Shown one piece after another: positions 1-12,000 of a DNA stretch of 64,000 nt. The translations under genes and the position numbers were made by a program. The notes beneath the pieces were generated by a model. It had not been told where the DNA came from, ran no database searches, and saw only the letters and a program-made list of their open reading frames with translations. This DNA is from Styela clava (taxonomy: Eukaryota): positions 15,438,001 to 15,502,000 of the forward strand of contig NC_135254.1 in NCBI RefSeq assembly GCF_964204865.1, given 5' to 3'. Every line of letters starts with the position of its first letter. Positions within the stretch are counted from its first letter, which is position 1.

Positions 1-1693
1 ATATTACTCATCTTCATGCGGTGTAAATTGTCTATGCAAGATTTACATATGAATTTAAAAAGTAATCGTTCTTTCAACAAAAATAACTCAGTGATTGTTG
101 AGCGGAGAATTTTTTGTTTTCGTATATGATTGAAAAAATGCTAGATTGAATCTCGAGCAAGTAAGCTTACAGACGTTTCCGCATAAACACAAACCGCATT
201 ATAACCTGTACTTATGAGCAAAGATTTTGCCTATAATTTTATTACAGAGATTAAACTATGAAATGGTAAACAGCAGGATTGGAATGAAGAGCAGAATTTG
301 AAGCTTTGAGAAGAGATTTTTGAGCTTTGTTTCGCGTAACGCTTAACTAGTCATAGCGTAAAAGAGAGTTCATTAAAGGTTCTTGTAGAGAACGTGATAA
401 TCGTTTGGATGGCAAATTTGTTGACCTGTATTTACTCTATTAAAGTGGATGATGAGCATATATAACTTTCCCTATCTACCGAAATATGCTTTCCGGAAAT
501 GCCGAGCGATGAGTCTTTTGTGGGAAAAACAGTTGCCACTAAAGTTCAATCAATATCGGTAAAACATCCCATCATTGACCTAATTTTCACCCAAGATCAA
601 ATACTGTGCATCTATAACACCAAGGTGAATATACCAAGGTTGTAAGGCATTATGCCGCATTTTGTGCCGCGATCTAACCTTCTTAACCTTATATTACTAG
701 TATAATATGCCGCTTTAATAGCACTAGCTATTGTTCGGCACGGTCGGAAGTGCCCCATCATTATTTTGCAAATAAGACTCAAATTCGCCATTAGAGATCA
801 CTATTAACGATCGGAAACTTTCGTCCATGTTTGGTCCAAATAGCGAATCGGACATTATTATCCACCATGCCAAGAACAGTGATATTCAACAGATACCTGA
901 CGACAACAATTTTCCAAACAAAAACGATCTTTTTTTTATGTATAGATCATAGACTACCTACCAAGTAGTGAGGTATTATCACTGAGCCATAGTAGATTGA
1001 TGATAAAATGATCGGTATAAATTATGCCCCGTCATATCATTTTTTCATTAAAATTATGACTCTTTATATGTCCGGGTTGGAATATAGCAATCTCCCAATA
1101 GGTCTGTATATATTTAAACAATGAGTCGCAAAAATATAATGAAAAGAGTGTGGAGGACTTGAGGGGACTGGGACTTGAGGAAGACCCATTTGATATACAG
1201 GCTAGACTTCATAATTCAGAAAAAGAAAATGTATATTTCAAATTTAAAATGAAAATAGCGAAGATTATGAGAATAAGTGAACATAACTATATAAAATATA
1301 CAGAGAACGCTCAAAGTAGGAATAATATTTTACATGGTAGCACGGATAGTTAAGTACATGACAATTGCATAATACTGTGACTGTGACAACGATGAAATAA
1401 ACTATACTAGTTTCAGATAACACTGCGTCTTAGTTATCTTGATAACATCATTCATAAGTAATATGATTCAAGAGACATATATCATAATTTTAATGAAGCA
1501 AAATTTTATTCACCGTGATAGATTACGATGAAGTGTTACTTGTAACTGAAAATTATTATGAAATATTGCGGACGTTGATGAAGTAATAGCATAGGTTAAT
1601 TAGGATATGATCAATTGCATTTGTCAAATCTTGTAGAATATTGATCTCATCTGTCTCATAATCTAATGATATAAAGACGAGTCTCAAGGTATC

Positions 1694-1796
1694 ATGACTT
1701 CAGTTAGAAAAGGGGCTTACGTGCCGTCCAAATCGTTTTCATTTTTGCTGCCGTTAACAGAAGACGAAGCCCTCGAAGAACAGAACGACGACCAAG
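1694..1796 (+). CDS. PLA2G4A: Candidate first coding exon of the cPLA2 gene (N-terminal extension MTSVRKGAYVPSKSFSFLLPLTEDEALEEQNDDQ)
   Basis: The exon at 3054 has no in-frame ATG and needs a phase-1 upstream exon. ATG at 1694 gives 34 codons +1 nt ending CAAG|GTTTGA, which is the right phase; the donor is weak. Confidence 0.5.
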
Positions 1797-2482
1797 GTTT
1801 GAATATTTTCAAATCAAGAGTGATTTCATGGATCTTGATTGGGCACATCTTGTTTTAAATGTTGCCGATGGACCCGGTAAATTATTTAGCTTTTGGAATA
1901 TGTGGAATTTTTGGAAAATTTTCAACGGGAACCATCAATTTACCGAAAATTCCTAAACTATATTGAACTATATCCATTGATATATTATATCGATAAGTTG
2001 CTATTGGGTAAATTTCATTCAATCTCTTAAAATATTATTAGATTTTAGGCGAGGCGGTGCGTATGTGATCTGCGTCAGTTACCATATCCGGTAATACGAC
2101 AGGAAAAAATAGGAAATATAAAGGCATTGTCATCTATTTGATGTTGATGTATTTTTTATTTGAGAGTACGCCAATATCTTGTTGGTTTTATTAAAAAAAC
2201 ATTTCATACATTTGCTTTTAACAAGGCTCTAAATGAGCAGTCATTGATGTGCTGTGAATTGTGAGATACCGTGCATGAAGTACAAAGATGTTTCTAGCTT
2301 GGCATACAACCTAATTTGGTACACATGGTTTGTTACTAATACGGTTATTATTCCGCACGGCTTGTTATAGTTTAACTCGTGTGCAACTAAAGTTGATCGC
2401 ATGCAATTTGAGAGTAAACCCGTGTCGAACCCGGACGTACACGCTGGAATTCGACGTGACAATTATTTTGAGCCCAAAATAG

Positions 2483-2553
2483 TTCATAAAGTGATGATTC
2501 TGATTAAAATAGCAGATTTCATAAAGTGATGATTCTGATTAAAAAGCAGATTT
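2483..2553 (+). repeat. ~35-bp tandem duplication
   Basis: ttcataaagtgatgattctgattaaaa(t)agcagat repeated twice. Confidence 0.85.
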
Positions 2554-3053
2554 TAAACAAAAGTGCGAACGCGAAAACGAAATGAAATTTTTGATTTTCG
2601 TTGCGTCCCGTTGCGTGTTTATATCGAATGCTTTTACAGCAATTTAAACGCAGTGTCTTTGTATACAAATAAGTCTATGTTTGTACAAAAATAAAACTAT
2701 TCAGACAAACCTTTCTAACATTCTAATCTGTGAATATTCAAAGCACTGCTGTAAATAAAAAAAAAACGAGAAAAGTGGATTAGTCGTGAATTCACTTTAG
2801 GCTCATTTTGTATTCATCTTGTTTTTGTGATCTAATCTCTTATGTATTTCTTCAAATGAATATTTCTCATTCATAAGCTTTATTTCCGTTAACTGACTTA
2901 AACTCTTAAGTTTTAAAATATTTCTAGGGGAATTTCATGCACGAAATGTGTCGCCGAATTCCTCGTAAACCCATTGTTGTTCGTCCGTTCTACATTTCTA
3001 CTCCAAAACAACAAGTATTTCAATTATGAATAAAAATGTTTTTCTTATTTCAG

Positions 3054-6000
3054 TTCGTGGAAATGGAGGGAAGACAGATCCGTTTCAATTCTTCGAGGTG
3101 AGTTACATTTTAACAAAAGGATTATAATTCAACTTACGTGTTGTCGCGAAGAAATTTTTATTTTTTTTGCAAAGCTCTGAAAATATTTGAAATGATTACA
3201 ACATTGATTTGTTCTCTTGTAGGTTTGATAAACAAAAATACAATTCTGATTTCCACGCCTTTACGAAGTATTTCGCCTTTTCGCTTTGTACAATCTACAC
3301 GAAGACCCAAAGGAATGAATATTTTCAACTTACCGTAGATTATCTTGCTAAAAGTATAATAATGGCCCATTTGACGTTGTTGGCGTAAAGAGCGTTTAAA
3401 CATGCCAACAACCACCAGACAAAGACGCCATTAATCATTTTTATGAATTAGACATTAGATATTAAAAATTATCCGATCATTTATATTTTTATATAGGTTG
3501 AACATGAGCCTTGCAATATGCTGCGAGTTCGAATCACGCGAGGAAGAGAAATAACAAAGGGAAGATTCGGGGATTTGAGTAAGCATATCAATCTACTCGT
3601 ATATATTACAAGTTACATTACTCGCTATATTTCCTGTGATCTATATATTCCCCTGCTTTATTTGGAATATTGGATCATAGGAAAGGGGGGGGGGGGGGGG
3701 GGGGGGTCCGTCCTATGATCTAGCCCGGGTGAGGATCTTCATGTGATCCGTAATATGAAGTAAACTTATGCTAAACTACATAATGTTTTGAGTTTTGGAT
3801 GAGGTATTTCAAAACTTGAAAGCGAAAGGGTCTGGGCATGCGGGTACCATTACGTAGGAGACCATGTGATTAATGATAACCTAACCTGATTTGAAAATAC
3901 GACAAGATCTACGAATTCTGGGGTTCTTTCCCCTAGCTATATTTGACTGAAAATGAAAATCATATTGGGAGCACATATATGAGTTATATATTTATTTCAC
4001 CAATTATTCGATTTATTTCAGAAAACGTTATTATTTTGACCTGATTTTCTGACCTGACAAGAATTGTTCAAAAATTGACAGCCATTCATGATTCATCCAC
4101 TTATTTGTGGAAGATGTAGGAAATACGCTTGAATGATTATGAAAACTAAATTTTTTCGATTTCACGAGTAAAAATTAATGTTTTTTTAGTGGATGTTCCC
4201 GATCCGTATGTGATTGTACACGTACCGGAAGCGCCTGATGGTCGAAAACAAACGCAAACAATTGATAATGATTGCAATCCAGAATGGAATGAAGAACTTC
4301 TTTTTTATCTCAAACCACAAACAGAAGAAAAACGGAAAATTATAGCACATGTAAAATTATAAATTTACTATCTATATAAGTCACCATTTTTACACAATAA
4401 CGTGAAAACACAATTTATATATTCTTGTGATAAAAGAGTGTACGATTTTGAACGCATTGCATCGGTTACTTATTGTCTGATTGTGACAATACTTTGATCA
4501 TTAATGACTTTTAACCCTGAGATAATGGTCATTTTAAGACTTATAGAACAGCCTTTGTTATGTGCTTAAAATGCGCTTGATAATCTTTTGCATACAATCT
4601 AATACAAAATGTCTTAATTTTATTCAACATCCCGCTTGGAAATATTTTTTAATATCGTGATTTTTAATGGCATTTTATCATACCCAATGTATCTTCTGTG
4701 TTGACTTTTAGTAATCCAAAAATTTCTAGTCAATTCAGGAAAATCTATACAATTTATTTTGCGTGATTTGGTTTTTGTCTAACGAGGCGAGACGAAGTAA
4801 CCTATTATCAGTGTAATTATTTGACCGCTGTTACGCATGACAAGCCTTAAGACCTCGGGGATAAGCGACCAAAATGCTAAACTATCTTATAATTCGAGTT
4901 ACCCATACTTAAGAAAATTGGAATAAATGAAATAGCATTATGATAGAATTGTATTTTCGTTGTCTATTTGAAGTAATTGGAATCGAATTTGATTTATTGC
5001 ATATGTTATTGAAAAATTTTTACTACATTTTTCATTATTTTGCAGATAACTCTCATGGATTCTAACTACGCTTTAGATGAAACAATTGGTGCGGTTGAGT
5101 TCGACCTATCAAAAGTACCAATGGATGAAACTTTGAAAAAAACATTTAATTTTTTTGAGGTAAAATTTAATTTTTATTCTTTTACTGTGTCTGACAAGAT
5201 TTTTTTAATTCAATCAAAATCAGCGATGTGTTGAAATATTCAGCCGAGGTATGTCTCTTTGGTGTGCCACGCTTGAAAATAATTGGAGAAATAGGATAAC
5301 ACACCTGTATAATTAAATTCTTAGTTGGCAGAATAGCCAGCCTCCTTGTCTTAAGACATTTTTTATTATTTAATATTCATTTCGTGCAATATATATATCG
5401 GAACCATTGCCAAGAACTGATGTAAATCAAGAGAACGTGAAAAAATCTGACATTGATAGATCCAAAAATGATCTGTATATTATTCAAATATTTTATGACA
5501 TATATATATATTATTTTTTATTGTAGACATCTGAAGTCGATATAGAATTCACGATGCAGTCAGTGTAAGTAAATTTTTTATTCAAAGTGTAACAGGGCCA
5601 TTGATTTGTTGTGCACGCCGTTGATGTCCTATATTGTCAGACATTATATTGCTGTAGACGCTACGTTTATATATATGCATAGAATATTCATATTTATATA
5701 CGGTACAATCAGCCATTGTGTTTTAAAACCAAGCTGTTTTTACAAATATCAGCTATTCTAGAAATATTTGAACATTATTTATACCTGTAATACCCGTCCA
5801 TTGCGTCGGTTTCAGACGATATGTTATAAAATATATTGAAACCAACCGTCTCCAATTATACTCGACCACTCTAAGGTTATTAAGGTAGCTTACTTTTTAA
5901 ATGACTGGCTATATAGCCTACGTGATGTATTGCGGAAGAATCAATCACGATCAGCCTATACTGTATAATATGCAAATTACCATCACGACAATTAACCTCT

Positions 6001-9000
6001 GCTGTCTAGGATATTCGGTGTGTGAGACATGGTGACACAATATAGTTTAATAATAATAACAAGGTGTCGTACATGCTAACGTGACTTTTTGGACAAGAAA
6101 TGGACCTATGAATCGTTTTGTTATTTGAATCGCTTTTTTTTATTAATTACAGGACCAATTGCTTTGAAATTTTCAGTGGTTAAAAATTGTTGTTGTCGCT
6201 AGAAGGCTATTACTTTTATTCATTTCAAAAATATCTGTGGCCTCTATGGGATTCGTTTTTCACTTCAAAGTTTGTGTGTTGACGTCATCAAAATCAAAAA
6301 TTGCGTGTCGTGGTTCAGTGGTCACATTTCAGTGATCTGGTGGTCAGACTACTGGTTTTGTGCAAATTTGATACGATTTCGTTTCGGCCTTCGTGACCAT
6401 ATATTTGATCACTGTTCTCTTGTTTTATCGTGGCCTTCCCTTTTTAGGTACAATTCAGATATAAGATGCAGTCTAGCACTTTGCGACGAAGAGAAACGAT
6501 TTCGCACAATGCGAAAAAAAGTTGTCTTAGAAGCAATGAGGCGTTCGATTCCTGCAAATGGGCCCAGAACTCTGCGAGAGGTATATTCTCAAACATTATC
6601 ATGCTACCAGTAATATATAGAACAGGATGGTTCAAGATTGTCAGCTCCGCGGGCCACAAAATTACTTTTGCATTGTTCGCGGGCCACAATAGTGCTAAGA
6701 ATTCGCTCATTCAACTTCGCTGGTTGCCTCAGCAAGCCATAACACTAGTCAATTCAATGACATTTGTGATGGGACAAAATATAACAGATTTTTTTTGGTC
6801 AATTTTGTGACGATGACAACACGAAATGCGATTTTTTGATTCCTCTCCGAATGCGACGCGGGCCACATGTGGCCCGCGGGCCTAGGTTTGGACCACCCTG
6901 ATCTAGAATATTTGCTACTCAGTAACCAGAAAGCATAGTTTTACTTATACCTTATTAAATGGAAAAGCTTTACCATACCTCTTCCAAAAATATTTTTTGG
7001 ACACGTTTAGTGGACATAACGATCGTTTCAATATTATGTTGTTATTGTTGTTATTATTATTATTTGTCTCCATCATTTTCAAAAAATCGCCTTTCTCTTC
7101 GAATACTGGACCAATTGCTTTGAAATTTTCAGTGAGTAAAGATTGTTTTTTTTTTGCCAGAAGGCTATTACTTTTATTTATTTCTAAATTTCGCATGAAA
7201 TCTGATATTTCGTCTAAAATTTCGCTGTATTATTTTATCCATGGAAACACTGGCTGTCCGGTTTGATTCTGTAAATTATTCCTACGCGAAACTCGGAATT
7301 TTTTGTGGGTACCGGTGGCGTCAAAGGTAAATACTGCTTCGCTCTGGTTAACGTGTCCATATATTTAAGCACAGCTTTCTTGTTTCTTATACACTTTTGA
7401 TTGATTTATTTAAAATATTTTTGATAAATAAAACAATTTATATATCGTCACGCTAATAACCGAATTGCGTAAGTCATTTTTGGCGATTTTGAGTTTTCTA
7501 TAAAATAGGTATTCATGTAATGCTGCGCACCTGTCTGTTAACTCAGATTTTATTTTAGGAATTCCAAAACCCATAAAAATGGAGATTTAGTATGACATGC
7601 ACATTTGTGCAATTGTTTCGTCATAATGGATTATCCTTGTTACCGCAGTACTATTGTGACGTCACAAAGGCAAAATAACCTCGGCGAAGTATTTTCGAGT
7701 TTTTGCATCTCGGATTCTAGCTTAGCGCGTATTAATTTGAATTTTTACTACAGTATAGGAAGACGTACACTTGTGATATTCACTGTCCGAGTCAAATTTA
7801 CTTTGGTTGGATTTTATATTGGGTACATTGCTGATTTATTCTTTATATTTAATTTTAGTCCTATTTCGGTGGGTGTGCAGAACGTGTTATATTGGTGAAA
7901 TATATATTTTTAAACATAAAAAATGATTTAATTGAAACTGATTAGCTATTTTGGGGATTAGACATTGTAGATACTGAGAATTACATTCGTTTTTGGAATG
8001 TTTAGTTTTCAGGACTGGTGCATATAGTGAAGTTGCAAATTGCGTATGTCACCAAGTCATAGACACATTTCTGCCTAAGTCACAGTGCGCCATTATGACG
8101 TCACTTAACTGCGTCATACAAATTAACTTAAATCCGGCTACGAGCAAAAAATTGAACCATGGCAAATTATTGACTCTCAATTGCATAACAAAATCATTAG
8201 GAAGTTTTTTACGTTTTTCTCAAAACTGCTAAAAATGACTTACGCAATTCGGTTATTAGCGTGACGATATTATTCAATATATATTTATATTAGACGCCAA
8301 CGGTTGCAATTCTTGGATCCGGTGGTGGATTTCGTGCTATGACCGGATATGCCGGAGCAATGAAAGCTCTTTACGACTCTGGAATTTTGAATTGTGCAAC
8401 ATACATCGGAGGGTTGTCTGGATCTTCATGGTATATAGAAAAACTTTCAGAATATATTTAAACATCGTGACCTTTGTTTGAATAAAACTTTCCAAATAAT
8501 GCAGTGCGTATTTCAAAAAGCTGTAGAAGGTGTAATATGTTTTAGGGAAGTAAAATGACATTACTGTAGTAATCTAACGTTGGAAGATTAATTTCAAATT
8601 GTTATTCTTTACTCAGTTACCTCAGTACCCAATATCCTCATGATGATTTGCCGCGACTTGGTTTATTGCCTATGATTTACACATGGGCCAATGACTTACC
8701 TAATTGCAACCGACTTACTTATTTGCCATCGACTTACTTAATCGCCAACGACTATTTCATGAACTTACCTAATCGCCACAGACTTACTCAATCACCATCA
8801 ATCATTGATTTAAAACCTTTACCTTTTATTCAGGTACCTCAGTACCCTCTATTCTCATGATGATTTCCCGCGACTTGGTCCATCAGTAGTAAGTCAAGAA
8901 ATTCGAAGTAGTATTGAAACAAGTTGGTTATGGTTTCTTGGTCCTGAAGGTTTGATGAGATACAGCAGTAGATTGAGACAAAAGCGAAAACAGGGCCAGC

Positions 9001-12000
9001 CTGTCACATTCACGGACTTTTTTGGAATGTTAATCGGACAAATGCTACTTGGAAAAGAGGTAATACTAACATGAAATGATGATATGAAAAATTTGCATAC
9101 TTGATGAAGGTGACTTCAGTTCTAGAATAATATTGTGACGTCACCATACTTTCTTTCTAATGGTCCCTCATACGTCGAGATTATATTTAAAGGTAATCGC
9201 GGTAATCTATATTTTACATGGTGAACCCAAACAACGCAAGGCTTCACGAAAATGAAGTAAATTTTCCAACACTTGAACTCATGTTTGTGTATAATTGTAC
9301 CCAAAAATTCCAATAATTTAGAACGATTCGGACAAAAGTTTTGTTCCAAATGACGCTGTATATCAAATTGTGTTCCCTTTCTGCTAATATTAGCTTTCTT
9401 TTCTCTCGTGTACTCTATAAATATATGAAATTTATCTGATTATTCATTATAGAAAATGGAAAATCGTAAATTGTCGGATATGCAACTTAAACTCAAGGAT
9501 GCATCTCTACCAATGCCTATATTCACCTGCCTGCATGTGAGATCAAATATGTCAGCCATGACATTCCATGGTAAAACATCATTACAGTTTGCGTTATTTC
9601 ATCACGTTAGGTATATTATTGGATCTTCCTTTAAACTCGTTATGTATACAGATTGGGTCGAGTTCACTCCATATGAAATTGGAATCGCAAAATACGGAAC
9701 GTTTCTCAAAACAGAATATTTTGGAAGCAAATTTTTCATGGGCGTTCTTGTTAAAAAATACGACGAAAGTCCGCTACACTTTTTACAAGTGAGTTTTGAT
9801 ATGGTTATGGCTACTTTTTGTTGATCAATTTTTCATTGGAAATTGGAAATTGAGATATTTCAAGACAAATTTGAATATTTTTTAGGGAGTGTGGGGAAGC
9901 GCATTTTCGATTTTATTTAATCGATTGATCGAAAAGTCTAATAAAGATGGAAATAACGATTCAAACTCAAAACATGAAGATGAAAGAGAAGCCTTAAGCA
10001 AAGAAATGGGTATGTTTTCAATTAGACAAGATTTGCAGAGTTAACTTTTAGGGTTAGAATAAACAGTTTTAAAGCAATGCACAAATGGTGAATAAATATT
10101 AAAAACTTTGAGTATATACTCTCTATAAAAAAAAACTCTTCTAGAGTATTTTACTCACGACCTTTTTTGATATTGTATGCAGAATATTTATGTCTACATC
10201 TAATTTGCTTATAAAAAACTTATTCCACCTCAACACAAAAGTAATGTTGCCAAATCTTTAAGCTGGTATCCAGGCCAGCGGAGGTAAGAATCCTGACGAG
10301 GAAGATTCTGAGGAGGAAGATGCTGATGAAGAGGACGAAGATGAAGATTTCGTGGACGCACATGAAAATTTGGAGCATATCAAAGCTGCACAAGAGTAAG
10401 CAGATTCTATTGCCTCATGAAATGGTGTATGAAATATTGTCATTTTCACATAACAGTGTAAAATGAATGCCAGTTGTTAAATCGCATGTACAGTTACTAG
10501 AAAAGCATTTTGAAAAGGATTGTATGGACAATATGTTTAATTGTGTAAACCATATGACCACTCATATAATAATTTTGAGCATCTGTTTGTGCTATAACAT
10601 CTAACACATTACTAACATTTTGACATACAGCAATGCTCAATGCAGCACTTTGGTGACTTCACTTTTATCTAAAAGATTGTTTTAATAGGCAGTTTCATGA
10701 TTAATATTGTGTGTGGTGGCATATTCCAGGAAAAACTTTCTTATTTGACTGAAGATGCTTTGTTCAGCAATGTGAATGTATTGCAACTAGGGTGCATAAA
10801 TACATGTATAAAGAAAACTCCGCATGATGTATAAATAATTTTATATAACGACCAGTTATCACAGCGTGTGTACCAGAATACTACAATACCGATTGCTATA
10901 TATAATTCATCAGAAAATTGCATTAAAACAAAGTTATTTCCGTGTCATTTCAAAGTGAGCATCCAGCGATCAATTGCTGACCAGTTTTGCTTTCATCATT
11001 ACATAAGAATGAATGCATGGCGTTTGATGTGTTCACGTAACAAATTTTTAATAATGAATATATCATTAATCATGTCATATTCATTTCACTATGTCACCTC
11101 ATCATGCACCATTTATGTCAATTTCAATGTATAATTCACAGTACATTAACTAACAAAAATCATGCTTTATTTGGAAATATTCGAATTAGAACATTCTGAT
11201 TTGAAATTCGATACAAAAATGAAATTTTCGAAATTTACATCCATACTCATTTCTGAAGCGCTAATCGTGAAAACAATTTGACAAAATTATGTATCATAGT
11301 TCATAATGATTCAGCACTATCCATCCTGCCTATTTATTTAATAGCTTCACGTTAAATTCATTTTACGTTATTCATTTCGTTTACACTAACACAGACAAGG
11401 ACGTCGCCATACATGGTTTACAGGAATCACACGGTCACCGGCAATACGCGAAAGACCAAGGTATAAAACATTCAGCAAGTTATATTTATTTTTGATTGTT
11501 TGCATGTACATAAATGGCATCAGCTTTATAATTTCTGTCATTTTATTTTGAATGTTTTTTTGTGAATTAAATTCAAAACTAGATTTTGATAGAACGTCTG
11601 AAATGATTCACAACAATGCATAAACTTAATAAAAGTGCTTGAATAATTTTTTTTCTTTAAAACCAAGTTACAGATTTATCTATGTTAATTTGCCTTGATA
11701 TTTATCACACAACGAAATACGTTCTTTGTAGAGTTTCAAACTTTCAGTCATTTCCCATAGGTAGAACGTTGTCATGTAACAAACACGTGAAAAAATATGT
11801 AATATTATCAATAAAAACCAAATCATTAGGGTAAGCTATTATCGCATATCGTGATTGAAATGGACTACTATATTAAAACTTACATGAAGTAATATATACA
11901 TACACATCAGTACAGTATACAGTAAATAGGGTATGAACTGATGTCTTTTTTTAAATATTGATAAAGTCAAAACAATATTGTTTTTATCGAAAATAATATT

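Noticed and set aside
10258-10449. Ser-rich minus-strand ORF and other ORFs antisense to exons (43673-44008, 60055-60549)
   Set aside because: Shadow ORFs of the + strand coding exons
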